Assembly (NCBI GenBank): GCA_963708175.1
Contig: CAVPSD010000006.1
Span: 128,031-192,030 of the forward strand
Source of the DNA: an uncultured Acidimicrobiales bacterium
GTDB lineage: Bacteria; Actinomycetota; Acidimicrobiia; Acidimicrobiales; DATKAS01
DNA: 64,000 bases
Direction of reading: 5' to 3'
The position numbers were made by a program, and so were the translations under genes. Below, piece by piece: positions 1 to 9,650 of the stretch (positions are counted from its first letter, which is position 1; the number at the start of each line of letters is the position of its first letter). The notes under the pieces are model-generated. The model worked only from the letters and a program-made list of their open reading frames with translations, did not search any database and had not been told where the DNA came from.

Positions 1-2
1 TG

Positions 3-811
3 ATCGCCCTCCCCGCGCTGCGATTGCAGGGCCTCTACTTCGCGCTCGCCTCCGTCGCGTTCGCACGCGCGATGGAGCTCGATTTTCTTCGCCCAGCCCG
101 ACGTGCTCGGCAGTCGCTTCGAGGTCGTGCAACGGCCCGAGGTGTTCGGCATCTCGTTCAAGTCGCCGCTCGCGTTCCTCGTCCTCTGCGCGATCGTCTT
201 CTCGATGATGATGGTCGGGCTCGTCGCGCTCAGACGCAGCCGTCACGGACGTCGCCTCGTCGCGATGCGCGACAGCTCGGCGGCGTGCACGACGATCGGC
301 CTCGACATCCGCAAGCTGAAGCTCGAGGTCTTCTGCCTGTCGGCCGCGCTCGGTGCCGTCGCCGGCGGCCTGCTCGCGATGCAGCGCGGCACGCCATCTG
401 CTGCGGACTTCGGGATGTTCCCCGGGATCTCGATGGTGCTTTTCCTTGTCATGGGGGGTGTCACGCTCCTGGCCGGCGCGCTCTTCGCGGGATGGGCGAA
501 CTTCCTCTTCGCGTGGTTCGGCGCCGTGTGGACCGGCGGGATCTTCACTGCCGTCAGCCGCGTCGGCCCGGGGGGCCTTGCCGGTGGCGTGAGCCAGAAC
601 CCGAACGGGATCGCGGGCGAGATGAGCAAGGGCTTTTCGCAGGCGCTTCCGTGGCGACCGGACGCGCGTGCAGTCCGCGGCGGCGCAAGCGCGCCTCAAG
701 CGCGGCGTCGACCCGGCGCGCCTCGGCATCGACGAGCCGTTCACCGAAGGTGAGCTTCGGCGCATCAACGACCGGCTCGGTGTGCCCGCCGACCTCCGGA
801 CCACCGGCTGA
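3..811 (+). pseudogene. livM: Branched-chain amino acid ABC transporter permease (LivM-like), 5' end outside the window, reading frame broken twice
   Basis: Frame 3 from nt 3 reads IALPALRLQGLYFALASVAFARAME. The protein continues in frame 1 (IFFAQPDVLG..., hydrophobic TM segments, NPNGIAGEM). The last ~50 codons (VQSAAAQARLKRGVDPARLGIDEPFTEGELRRINDRLGVPADLRTTG) are in frame 2 and end at a TGA overlapping the next ATG (cTGATGg, 809-813). The shifts lie near 80-95 and 626-668. Confidence 0.6.
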
Positions 812-2289
812 TGGCCGTGCTCGAGGTCGCCGGCGTCACAGTCCGGTTCGGCGGGCTCATGGCGCTCAACGACGTCACGATGCCGGCCGAAGTGGGGCAG
901 ATCACGGGGCTCATCGGCCCGAACGGCGCCGGGAAGACGACGCTCTTCAACGTGATCACGGGCTTGCAGGTGCCGCAGTCGGGGCGCGTCGTGCTCGACG
1001 GTCGAGACCTCACCCAGACGTCGGCCTACAAGCGGGCGCGTCTCGGTCTCGCCCGTACATTCCAGCGGCTCGAAGTTTTCGACTCGCTGACGGTGCGGGA
1101 CAACATCCTGGTGGCCGCGGAGTCGACCGGTGACGCTGCGGAGGTCGATCGCGTGATCGACGTCGTCGGCCTGCGCCACGTCGTCGATGCACCCGTCGAC
1201 ACACTGCCCACGGGGATGGCTCGCCTCGTCGAGCTCTGCCGCGCAGTCGCGACGAAGCCGAAGGTGCTGCTCTGTGACGAGTGCTCGTCGGGCCTCACCG
1301 ACCAGGAGACCGGCGTCGTCGGCGACGTCATCCGCCGCGTCGCCGCCGAGGGCGTGGCGGTCCTTCTCGTCGAGCACGACATGTCCTTCGTCATGGGCAC
1401 GTGCGACATCATCCACGTGCTCAACCTCGGCGTGAAGATCGCAGCGGGGACGCCGGCCGAGATCCAGGGCAACACCGAGGTGCGAGTCGCCTACCTCGGC
1501 GAGGCCAAGGACGAAGCCGCTCCGCGCACGCTCGCGGTCGAGCACCTGCGTGCCCTGGAGGCCCAGCCGCGTGCGCCGATCGTCGAGCTGCGCGACGTGC
1601 ACGCGGGCTACGGGACGATCGACGTGCTGCACGGCGTCTCCCTCGCCATCGCCCCGGGCGAAGTGTTCGCGCTGCTCGGCCCCAACGGCGCGGGCAAGTC
1701 GACGACGCTCAAGGTGCTCAACGGTGAGGTGCAACCCTCGAGTGGCGACGTGCTTCTCTGCGGGGAGTCGGTGAGGGGAGTGCCCGTCGACGCCCTGGCG
1801 CGCGCCGGGCTGTGCACCATCCCCGAAGGGCGTGGCATCTTCCCGAACCTGACGATCGACGACAACCTGCGGATGTCGACGTTCACGGGCGTGTCGCTCG
1901 CAGACATTCGGGAGCGCGCTTTCACGCAGTTCCCGAGGCTCGCCGAACGGCGCAAGCAGCTCGCCGGCACGTTGTCGGGGGGTGAGCAACAGATGCTCGC
2001 GCTCGCGCGGGCGCTCGTCGTCGACCCCGCAGTCCTCGTGATCGACGAGCTGTCCATGGGCCTCGCGCCGATCATCGTCGAGCGGCTCTACGAGATCGTC
2101 GCCGAAGTCGCCGAGAGCGAGGCGATCGCGATCCTCATCATCGAGCAGTTCGCGCACGACGTGCTCGGCGTCGCGACGAAGGCGGGCGTGATGCTGCACG
2201 GCCGGCTCGTGACCGTCGGCAGCCCTGACCAGATCGCGCTGACGATCTCCGACGCCTATCTGGCGTCGACCGCGGAAGAGCTCGCGTGA
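811..2289 (+). CDS. Fused ABC transporter ATP-binding protein (LivG-like N half plus LivF-like C half)
   Basis: 492-aa ORF with two Walker A motifs (GPNGAGKTT, GPNGAGKST), an LSGGEQQ signature in the C half, and a ~26-aa linker between the halves. Its start overlaps the livM stop. Confidence 0.85.
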   Translation: MAVLEVAGVTVRFGGLMALNDVTMPAEVGQITGLIGPNGAGKTTLFNVITGLQVPQSGRVVLDGRDLTQTSAYKRARLGLARTFQRLEVFDSLTVRDNILVAAESTGDAAEVDRVIDVVGLRHVVDAPVDTLPTGMARLVELCRAVATKPKVLLCDECSSGLTDQETGVVGDVIRRVAAEGVAVLLVEHDMSFVMGTCDIIHVLNLGVKIAAGTPAEIQGNTEVRVAYLGEAKDEAAPRTLAVEHLRALEAQPRAPIVELRDVHAGYGTIDVLHGVSLAIAPGEVFALLGPNGAGKSTTLKVLNGEVQPSSGDVLLCGESVRGVPVDALARAGLCTIPEGRGIFPNLTIDDNLRMSTFTGVSLADIRERAFTQFPRLAERRKQLAGTLSGGEQQMLALARALVVDPAVLVIDELSMGLAPIIVERLYEIVAEVAESEAIAILIIEQFAHDVLGVATKAGVMLHGRLVTVGSPDQIALTISDAYLASTAEELA

Positions 2290-3480
2290 CCGAACCCCAT
2301 CCCGTGATCGTCGTCGGGGCTGGGCCGGTGGGCATGACGGCCGCGCTCGCACTCCGCGCACTGGGCCACCCCGTCACCGTGCTCGAGGCCGAACCGGAGG
2401 ACCGAACCCGCCCGGGCAGCCGGGCGATCTTCCTCCACCGTGAGTCGCTCGAGCATCTCGAGTCGGTGAGCGAGGGCCTCGGCTGGGAGATCGCTCGTCA
2501 CGGCATCGTCTGGACGACGAAGAAGACGTACTACCGGGAAGACCTCGTCTACGAGCGCACCTATCCCCCGCCCGACCCGACCCGGCTGCCCCACTCGACG
2601 AACCTGTCGCAAGTCGTGATCGAGCAGCTGCTTCTCGACGCATGCAAGAGCGCCGGCGTCGAGATGGTGTGGGAGCAGGAGCTCGTGGCGTCCACGACAT
2701 CAGCCGAGGGCGTGGTGCTGCGGACGGCCACAGGGGACGAGTGGCGAGCCTCGTATGTCATCGGCGCCGACGGCGCTCGGTCGGTCCTCCGGTCGTCCGC
2801 CGGCATCGAGCTCGAAGGACCTCGCATCGAGGACTCGTTCGTGATCGTCGACGTGGCCGAGGACGAATCGTCACCAATGCTGCCGGAGCGCGTCTTCTAC
2901 TACGAGCACCCGGCTGTCCACGGCCGGAACGTGTTGCTGGTGCCGTTCGCGGGCGGCATCCGCGCCGACCTGCAGCTGCGGCCCGACGACGATCCGGAGC
3001 AGTTCAACGATCCAGAGGGCGTGAACCGCTGGATCGCGCGGGTGCTTCCCCCGAAGTACGCGGACCGTGTCACCTGGGTGTCGACGTACCGCTTCTACCA
3101 AGTCGTCGCGTCCGCCTTCACGGATTCATACCGCCGCGTCGCGCTGGTCGGCGAGGCAGCGCACCTCTTCGCACCCTTCGGCGCTCGAGGGCTCAACTCG
3201 GGCATCCCCGACGCGCTCGTCGCCGCACGCGCGATCACCGAGGGGACACCCGCCGCGGTCGATCACTTCGCGTCCGACCCGCCGCGAAGCCGCTCTCTAC
3301 AACCGAGACGCGTCGAGCCTCGCGCTCCGGCACATGCAAGCCAACGGTTGGTCGATCCGTGCGAAGCGTCGGCTGAAGGCCGCGATCGCGAAGCGCGGGA
3401 TCGCCGCGGGCACGTGGCTCGACTCGTCACCCTTCGGCCCTCGCGCCGCAGAGCACAAGACCGAGACCGGCTCGTACTGA
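2286..3480 (+). pseudogene. FAD-dependent monooxygenase (PHBH/UbiH-like), frame broken once near the 3' end
   Basis: N terminus VIVVGAGPVGMTAALAL (GxGxxG), then ADGARSVLR and GEAAHLFAPFGARGLNSGI motifs. After ...DHFASD (about 3275-3285) the plausible C terminus (AALYNRDASSLALRHMQANGWSIRAKRRLKAAIAKRG...) continues in the frame of ORF 3067..3480. The rest of ORF 2286..4508 is an Arg/Pro-rich shadow of paaX. Confidence 0.7.
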
Positions 3481-3500
3481 CCTCACCCAGCGGTCGGGAC

Positions 3501-4436
3501 TCAGCGCCGGCGGGTCGGGGTGGACGCGGCCTTCGTCGTGAGATAGTGCGCCTGCTTCGCGAGCTCGGGCTCGTATTCGGCGAGGATCTGCTGGAAGCGC
3601 ATCTCGGCGAGGGGGCCGAGCGCGTCGTAGACCCGAGCGAAGATCGCTTGCGCTTTGCGACGTGGCCATCCCGACGGCAGCACGTCCTCCGGCAGCTCGG
3701 GATCGAGGTTGGGGAACTGCCGCCACACGTCCATCACGCGCGTGCGGGCGACCATCGCCTCGGCTGCGCCGACGTCGCCTTCGTCGACGCGGTCGAGCAG
3801 CGGACCAAACTCCTCGACGAACTCCTCGTAGCTCGCGCGCAGCTCGTCGAGGTCCCATGCGCTCAACGGATCGCCTCCGTTGATGGCGTGCTCCACGCGG
3901 CCGACGAAGATCGTCGCACTCGCGACGCCGAGCTCCTCGAGGAGCGCTGTCGTCTCGCCGCCGTCGGCCCTGGGCGAGACCCATGCGCCGTCATACAGCG
4001 GGGCGAAGCCGAGCCAGCGCAGGCGGGTGCGCAGCACATGGCGCACGTCGCGCTGGTCTTCGGGCACCGAGAAGATCACCACCGACCACGACCCGTCCCA
4101 CGGCCGGTCGTCGAGACCGAACTGGACGATGCGCGCGAAGCCCTCGTTCAGCACGCGCTCGGCCCGCGCCGTGAGCCCGTAGAACGTGCGCCGCCCGTCG
4201 CGGGAGGAATCGAGCAGGTTCCTTCGGGCCAGCCGGCTGAGTGCGGCACGCGCGCTCGTCGAGGTGATCTCGAACTCGTTGGCCAGCGCCACCAGCGCGG
4301 CGGACGGAAGGTGGTCTTTGCGACCCGACCAGTAGTCGCCGAGGAGCGTGACGATCAGATGCTGGGGATTGGCGCCCGTCTGGATCCGCGGCAAGTCGAC
4401 GCGATCAGCGACTTGGGGCACAACCATCGGCGCCAC
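3501..4436 (-). CDS. PaaX-family transcriptional regulator
   Basis: 311-aa ORF. The N-terminal winged-helix segment (LIVTLLGDYW...SAALVALANEFEITSTSARAALSRLARRNLL) and the C-terminal PaaX_C-like part (GSWSVVIFSVPEDQRDVRHVLRTRLRWLGFAPLYDGAWVSP) match the family pattern from memory. Confidence 0.8.
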   Translation of the reverse strand: MAPMVVPQVADRVDLPRIQTGANPQHLIVTLLGDYWSGRKDHLPSAALVALANEFEITSTSARAALSRLARRNLLDSSRDGRRTFYGLTARAERVLNEGFARIVQFGLDDRPWDGSWSVVIFSVPEDQRDVRHVLRTRLRWLGFAPLYDGAWVSPRADGGETTALLEELGVASATIFVGRVEHAINGGDPLSAWDLDELRASYEEFVEEFGPLLDRVDEGDVGAAEAMVARTRVMDVWRQFPNLDPELPEDVLPSGWPRRKAQAIFARVYDALGPLAEMRFQQILAEYEPELAKQAHYLTTKAASTPTRRR

Positions 4437-4437
4437 C

Positions 4438-4611
4438 CTAGTGATGCAGGGCGTAGTGCTGGCGGAGCAGGTCCTTGCCGTAGTCGTTGCCGTGACCGGA
4501 CGTCATGATCGCGGGCGGCGGGCCGGTCGCCACGGACAGATCGAAGAGCCCGGCCCGCAACGGGATGCCTGGACGACCGCTGAACTGCATCAGGCAGACG
4601 ACCTCGTCCAT
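4438..4611 (-). CDS. 57-aa ORF carrying a DUF3500 C-terminal-like motif (possible gene remnant or small protein)
   Basis: Sequence MDEVVCLMQFSGRPGIPLRAGLFDLSVATGPPPAIMTSGHGNDYGKDLLRQHYALHH. Its ATG shares one base with the TGA of the upstream LLM gene. The GNDYGKDLLRQH motif parallels GGDYGRDLLREH at the end of the DUF3500 gene at 12390..13617. Confidence 0.4.
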   Translation of the reverse strand: MDEVVCLMQFSGRPGIPLRAGLFDLSVATGPPPAIMTSGHGNDYGKDLLRQHYALHH

Positions 4612-5798
4612 CACACGCTCGCGTTCACAGGAAGATCGATGTCGCGAAGCTGCTCGGCCCGCCACTTCTGGTGCAGCTCGTCACGGTCGCGGAACTCAGG
4701 CAACACCTCGCTGGCCAGGAGCTCGAGCGACTCCATGATGTGCTCGTGGCGGGTGTCGCCGTTCTGCATCGCGAAGCCCGCGAAGTCGACGTTCGTGTCC
4801 TCGATGACGCGGAGCTTGGCCCTCACGGTCTCCGGGCTTCCGATCAGGTTCGCCTCGGGATTGTTCGGGAACCCCGGCACCGGAGCACCCGGCTCGAGGT
4901 CGCGCTTGACGACCGCCAGCTCGCGGCTGAGGTGGTTGCCCTCGTGCCCGACGAGCTGTCCGGACCGAAAGATCGAGTACGAGAAGAAGTCGACTCCGTC
5001 CGCAGCTCGGGCCTCGGCCTCGGCATCACTCGGTGCCACCAACGTGGTCGAGAACGCGCCGACCGCGGGGTTCACCGCCTTGCCAATCGGCGTGATGCCT
5101 CCTCGTGCGCCGTCCCAATACTGCTCGACGCACGCGCGCACGAGGTCGGGGCCGAACAGGGCCAGGATCAGACAGCCCACGCCCGTGGACCCGAGCTCGT
5201 GACAGAGGTCGACGCGCGTCGTCGAGCGCCAGATCGGCGGATGGGGTCGTTGCACCGGCCTCGGCACGGTCGTCACTGCCGGCATCTGGAGGTACTCCCC
5301 CTCGTAGCCGGGATACGGATCCTCACTCAGCATCCGCAGGCACTCGCGCGTGCACTCCCGCCACATGTCATGACCATGTGCGAGGAGCTTCTCCGTCTCG
5401 CCGTCGAGCCCGTAGAGGATCGGGGGATGCTCGTTCGGGTTGCCGGCTCCGGTGCCCAGCTCGTAGCGACCCCGTGACAGCACGTCGATCGTGGCCGCCC
5501 GCTCCGCGACACGCGCGGGATGGTTGTGCCGCGTGACCATCTGCGTGATGCCACTGCCGATGCGGATCTGCTTCGTGCGCTGGCTGATCGCGCCCATGAT
5601 CACCTCGGGGGCGGACACTTGTGTGTACTCGCCGAGGAAGTGGTGCTCACCGATCCACACGTAATCGAAGCCGAGGCGATCGGCGAGCTCGATCTGGTCG
5701 AGGATCTCGTGGAAGCGCGCGACTTGCTGTTCCTCGTCCCAGTCGTCGTTGTCGAGCGGCTTCGGAAGATGGCCGAGGTAGAAGAGGCCGAACTTCAT
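4611..5798 (-). CDS. LLM-class (luciferase-like) flavin-dependent oxidoreductase
   Basis: Starts at MKFGLFYLGH... (ATG at 5798). Motifs LGFDYVWIGEHHF, IRIGSGI and RYELGTGAG are present. The upstream 111 codons of ORF 4611..6131 are Arg/Gly-rich shadow. Confidence 0.85.
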   Translation of the reverse strand: MKFGLFYLGHLPKPLDNDDWDEEQQVARFHEILDQIELADRLGFDYVWIGEHHFLGEYTQVSAPEVIMGAISQRTKQIRIGSGITQMVTRHNHPARVAERAATIDVLSRGRYELGTGAGNPNEHPPILYGLDGETEKLLAHGHDMWRECTRECLRMLSEDPYPGYEGEYLQMPAVTTVPRPVQRPHPPIWRSTTRVDLCHELGSTGVGCLILALFGPDLVRACVEQYWDGARGGITPIGKAVNPAVGAFSTTLVAPSDAEAEARAADGVDFFSYSIFRSGQLVGHEGNHLSRELAVVKRDLEPGAPVPGFPNNPEANLIGSPETVRAKLRVIEDTNVDFAGFAMQNGDTRHEHIMESLELLASEVLPEFRDRDELHQKWRAEQLRDIDLPVNASV

Positions 5799-6616
5799 GG
5801 CCGTTCGCGACGGCACACGTTGCGGCACTCGCCGAGCCCGGCGATGCGAGTGACCATCACGTCGCGGTCGTCGAGGAAGGTGCCCGACGCCATGCCCACC
5901 CCCCCGGGCGTGCCCGTCGCGATGACGTCGCCCGGCTGAAGTGTGTGGATGATCGACGCGTACGCGACGAGAGCGGCGGAGTCGAACACCAGGTCGGCGG
6001 TGTCGGCCTTCTGCTTCTGCTCCCCGTTCACTTCGCACGCGATCTCCCGACTTGGTCCAGGCGTCTCGTCGCTCGTGACGAGCCACGGACCCAGGGGCGA
6101 CGACCTTTCCCACGACTTGCCCTGCAACCACTGCGACGTGCGCATCTGGAAGTCGCGCACCGAGACGTCATTCATGATCGTGTAGCCGGCGATGTGGTCG
6201 GCGGCCTGCTCGAGGGGGATGCGCCGGCCCCGCTTGCCGATCACGATTGTGAGCTCGGCCTCCCAGTCGACCTTCTGCGACTCGACGGGAAGGATCACGT
6301 CGTCGTTTGCACCGATCAGCGCGGAGCTGAACTTCGAGAACAGCGTGGGATGGGTCGGAAGCTCGTTGCCGGTCTCGAGGATGTGCGAGCGGTAATTGAG
6401 GCCGACACAGAGCACTTTGTCTGGACGAGGGATCAGCGGCGCGTAGTCCAGACCGTCGACCGGTCGACGCGACCCGACGGCCGAGGCCGCCCAGTCCTGC
6501 CAGCCGTCGCGCTCGAGCACGGCGCGCACATCGGCCACCCCGAGATCGACCGCGCCGTCATCGTCGATGCGGACGGCGAGAGTGGAGCCTCCGTCACGGA
6601 TCGTCGCGAGCTTCAC
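5795..6616 (-). CDS. Fumarylacetoacetate hydrolase (FAH) family protein
   Basis: 273 aa with KVLCVGLNYRSH, DWEAELTIVIGK, MNDVSVRDFQ and PGDVIATGTPGGVG. There is a 4-nt overlap with the downstream LLM start. Confidence 0.85.
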   Translation of the reverse strand: MKLATIRDGGSTLAVRIDDDGAVDLGVADVRAVLERDGWQDWAASAVGSRRPVDGLDYAPLIPRPDKVLCVGLNYRSHILETGNELPTHPTLFSKFSSALIGANDDVILPVESQKVDWEAELTIVIGKRGRRIPLEQAADHIAGYTIMNDVSVRDFQMRTSQWLQGKSWERSSPLGPWLVTSDETPGPSREIACEVNGEQKQKADTADLVFDSAALVAYASIIHTLQPGDVIATGTPGGVGMASGTFLDDRDVMVTRIAGLGECRNVCRRERP

Positions 6617-6618
6617 GA

Positions 6619-7677
6619 TCAGTCCTCCGCTCGGGACGTGACGGGTTCGCGACCGAGCGTCTTCAGCACGGGCAGGATCTCCTTGGCGAACAGCTCGATG
6701 CCCGGACGCACGACCTCGTCAGGCATGCCGCCGCCGCTCGCGCGGAACGCGAACGAGAAGTGGGTGCACTGTGCGCCTTCGAGCATCGGCACGAGCGCAG
6801 CGAGGATGTCGTCGGGCGTGCCCAGCAGCGGTGCCATGAACCCGTCCGGCGGTTGGTCGAGCTGCTCGAGCGGCGTGAGCGGAGGCACCGCCTTCATCGG
6901 GCTGTCGAGCATCGCGATCCACGTGCGCTTGCGGTACTCGTTCTGCCAGTTCCACCAGCCGACCTTGCACTCTTCCCAGGCCTGCTCCTTCGTCGCGGCG
7001 AGATGGCCGCTGACGAACATCGCGAGGTTGCAGGTCATCGGGTCGATGCCCGCTTCCTTCAAGCCCTCGAGGTACTCGGGACGGAACACGGGACCGCCCT
7101 GCGAGTGGAAGCCGTGCTTTCCCGAGTTGTACTGCAGTTTCGAGCCGAGTCCGCCGACCCACAGCGGGAACGGATCCTGGACGGGCTTGGTCGTCTGGCG
7201 AATCGGCTTCGGGATCGTGAAGTGCTTGCCTTCGAACGTGAACGGCTCGCCCGTGAACGACATGCGGAGGATCTCCATCTCCTCCCAGAAGCGACCCCAC
7301 CTCGTCTTCGGGTCGATCCCCAGCGCGACGAACTCCTCCTCCACCGATCCGGTGCCGCAGATCAGGTCGAGGCGACCGTTCGACAGCAAGTCGACGGTCG
7401 CCGCGTCCTCGGACACGCGAAGCGGGTGGTGCAACGGGAGCAGGAACACGTTCGTGTGCAGCCGAATGCGCGAGGTGCGGCCGGCGATGTTGGCGAGGAT
7501 CGGCAGCTGCGAGGGCGACCACGCGTCGTCCTCGAAGTGATGCTCACTCGTGGAGATGAAGTCGAACCCGAGGTCTTCAGCGAGCACGGCCTCGTCGGTG
7601 AACGACTGGTAGACCTCGCGAAGGGGCTGGAACTCGTCGGCCAGCGTCTTGATGGCGAGTGCCATCCCCACCTGCAT
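6619..7677 (-). CDS. LLM-class flavin-dependent oxidoreductase
   Basis: 352 aa with LGFDFISTSEHHF, IRLHTNVFLLPLHHPLRVSEDAATVDLLSNGRLDL and PLWVGG. Confidence 0.85.
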   Translation of the reverse strand: MQVGMALAIKTLADEFQPLREVYQSFTDEAVLAEDLGFDFISTSEHHFEDDAWSPSQLPILANIAGRTSRIRLHTNVFLLPLHHPLRVSEDAATVDLLSNGRLDLICGTGSVEEEFVALGIDPKTRWGRFWEEMEILRMSFTGEPFTFEGKHFTIPKPIRQTTKPVQDPFPLWVGGLGSKLQYNSGKHGFHSQGGPVFRPEYLEGLKEAGIDPMTCNLAMFVSGHLAATKEQAWEECKVGWWNWQNEYRKRTWIAMLDSPMKAVPPLTPLEQLDQPPDGFMAPLLGTPDDILAALVPMLEGAQCTHFSFAFRASGGGMPDEVVRPGIELFAKEILPVLKTLGREPVTSRAED

Positions 7678-8429
7678 CAGGCGACTGCCTTCTCGAAGAT
7701 CTCGAGCGCCTTCTCATATGAGCGATCGGCGGCGGCCTCGTGGTAGGCGGGTCCGGGCACGGCGAAGCCGTGGTCGGCACCGTCATGGATCTCGGCCAGG
7801 CCCCGACCGTCCATCGCCGTGTTCACCGCGTCGATGAACGGCTTGTTGGCGTCGGCCGACTGCATCTTGTCCTCCGAGCCGAAGCCCACGTAGAGGAGCC
7901 CGTCGTAGCCCGCCACGCCGAGATGCGGGGAATCCGCGTCTTCCGTCGTGCAGAAAGACGGATGCAGAGCGACACCTGCCGTGAAGATGTCGGGATGCGC
8001 GGCGACCGTGCGCATCACCGAGCGAGCGCCGATGCAGAAGCCGATGACCCCCATCGGAGCCTTCCGAGCCGCGGGCTCCTCGTCGAGCGCCGCCAGTAGC
8101 GCCTGCAGGTCGCTCTCGACCATCTCATCGGTCGTCGCCATCAGGATGCCGAACATGCGCTGCATCGCCTTCTCGGACTCGGGTCCGCCAGCGCGCAGCG
8201 TCGCTATGTCGAACACGAGCCAGGGCTGCTCGCGGTGATAGCGATCGGGTGAGACGACGTAATAGCCCGCGTCCGCGAGCAGCTGCATCGACTCCTTCGA
8301 ACCGTCGTCGAGGCCCGGACCGTGATGGAAGTACACGATCACCGGGAACGGACCGTCGCCGTCGGGGCGGCGCACGTATGCACCCATGTCGCCGTCGGGC
8401 GTCTTGATCGAAAGCATCTGGTCAGTCAT
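7677..8429 (-). CDS. Dienelactone hydrolase family protein
   Basis: 250 aa with PFPVIVYFHHGPGLDD, a nucleophile-elbow-like GVIGFCIGAR, and a C-terminal DGADHGF. Confidence 0.8.
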   Translation of the reverse strand: MTDQMLSIKTPDGDMGAYVRRPDGDGPFPVIVYFHHGPGLDDGSKESMQLLADAGYYVVSPDRYHREQPWLVFDIATLRAGGPESEKAMQRMFGILMATTDEMVESDLQALLAALDEEPAARKAPMGVIGFCIGARSVMRTVAAHPDIFTAGVALHPSFCTTEDADSPHLGVAGYDGLLYVGFGSEDKMQSADANKPFIDAVNTAMDGRGLAEIHDGADHGFAVPGPAYHEAAADRSYEKALEIFEKAVA

Positions 8430-8462
8430 CGAAACCCCCTGGGGTCAGAGTCGGTTGGAGAT

Positions 8463-9650
8463 TCACGAGTCGACGCGAACAACGACGGCGCCGCCGGTGT
8501 CGCCCGCGGCGCATCCGGTGAAGAGACCGACGCCTCCGCCTCTCGCCTCGAGCTGGGCGATCAGCTCGACGATCGCGCGGGCGCCCGTCGGACCTTGCGG
8601 GTGGCCGTAGATGAGGCTGCAGCCGAATGCGTTCGTGCGGCTGACCGGGAAGCCGGTCTGACGCGCGAAGAACACGTCGTTCACAGCGAACGGGTTGTGT
8701 GACTTCACCGCGTCGACGTCGTCGATCGAGAGCCCAGCGGCGGCCAGCGCCGCCATCGCAGCAGGCACCGGTGCCTTCGGCATCCGGGCCTTCTCGACTC
8801 GGGCGAACCCACTGCCGAGGATTCGAGCGACACCCCGTCCGCCGCTCAGCTCACGGGCGATTTCAGTCGGAGCAACGACCATGCCAGCGGTGCCGTCAGC
8901 GGGATGGGTCTGCGTGCCGAAGGTGACCACGCCGTCGGGCGCCTGAGGCGCGAGCTTCGCGAGCCCCTCGGCCGTGGTCGCGTAGATGCCCTCGTCGCTC
9001 TCGACGATGAGCGGGTCGCGCCCGCGCCGCGGCACGGTGACCGGGATCATCCACCCGCGCTGGAAGGCTCGATCGTCAGCCAGCGCAGCCTCGTACTGCG
9101 CGAAGCGCTGGAGGGTGAGCTCGTCGAGCTCGGCCCGTTCGATTCCGGCCTCCGCGGCAACCGCCTCGGCCGTGTCGACCATCGCCTGGCCCGCCCACGG
9201 GTCCTTCTTGAAGTTGTCGAGGATCCAGTGCTCGATCGTCGGAGACCCGCCTGGACCCGAGCTCGACGGGTAGGTGAGCAGTGGCCCGTTGCTGGTGCGA
9301 TCGGTCGTGATCACGGCCACCACTTCGCCGCCGTCGGCGGCGGCAGCCGCTGCCTGCACGCACTTGGCCGACGTCGCGCAGGCCTGCGCGATCATCGGGC
9401 CCGTGATGTCGGGGGCTCCGAGCTTTGCCGCGAGCGTCGGCCCGCCGAAGAACGACTCCTTCTGCGGCACCGTGATGCCGAGCACGAGAGAGTCGAGCCG
9501 GCCCGGATCGACGTTGGCACGTTGCAGAGCGTCGCGAGCGACCTGAGCGGCGAGCTCGATGCTGTTGACGTCTGCAAGCGAGCCCTGCCACCGGACGAAG
9601 GGCGATGACCACGTCGCTCCGAGCGGGATCGCAGCGTCGCGATGGTTCAC
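8463..9650 (-). CDS. Thiolase-family acetyl-CoA acetyltransferase-like protein
   Basis: 395 aa. Active-site-like AQACATSAKC, then GCSLIYGHPQGPTGAR, and a C-terminal GCAAGDTGGAVVV. Confidence 0.8.
   Translation of the reverse strand: MNHRDAAIPLGATWSSPFVRWQGSLADVNSIELAAQVARDALQRANVDPGRLDSLVLGITVPQKESFFGGPTLAAKLGAPDITGPMIAQACATSAKCVQAAAAAADGGEVVAVITTDRTSNGPLLTYPSSSGPGGSPTIEHWILDNFKKDPWAGQAMVDTAEAVAAEAGIERAELDELTLQRFAQYEAALADDRAFQRGWMIPVTVPRRGRDPLIVESDEGIYATTAEGLAKLAPQAPDGVVTFGTQTHPADGTAGMVVAPTEIARELSGGRGVARILGSGFARVEKARMPKAPVPAAMAALAAAGLSIDDVDAVKSHNPFAVNDVFFARQTGFPVSRTNAFGCSLIYGHPQGPTGARAIVELIAQLEARGGGVGLFTGCAAGDTGGAVVVRVDS

Noticed and set aside
2286-4508. Reading the full 740-aa ORF as one protein
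   Set aside because: Only the first ~330 codons are monooxygenase-like. After about 3280 the ORF is the antisense shadow of paaX, and the true C terminus is in another frame.
5621-7540. 639-aa plus-strand ORF
   Set aside because: It is antisense to the LLM/FAH/LLM genes. It is Arg/Gly/Pro/Ser-rich with no motif, which is typical of a shadow ORF in GC-rich DNA.
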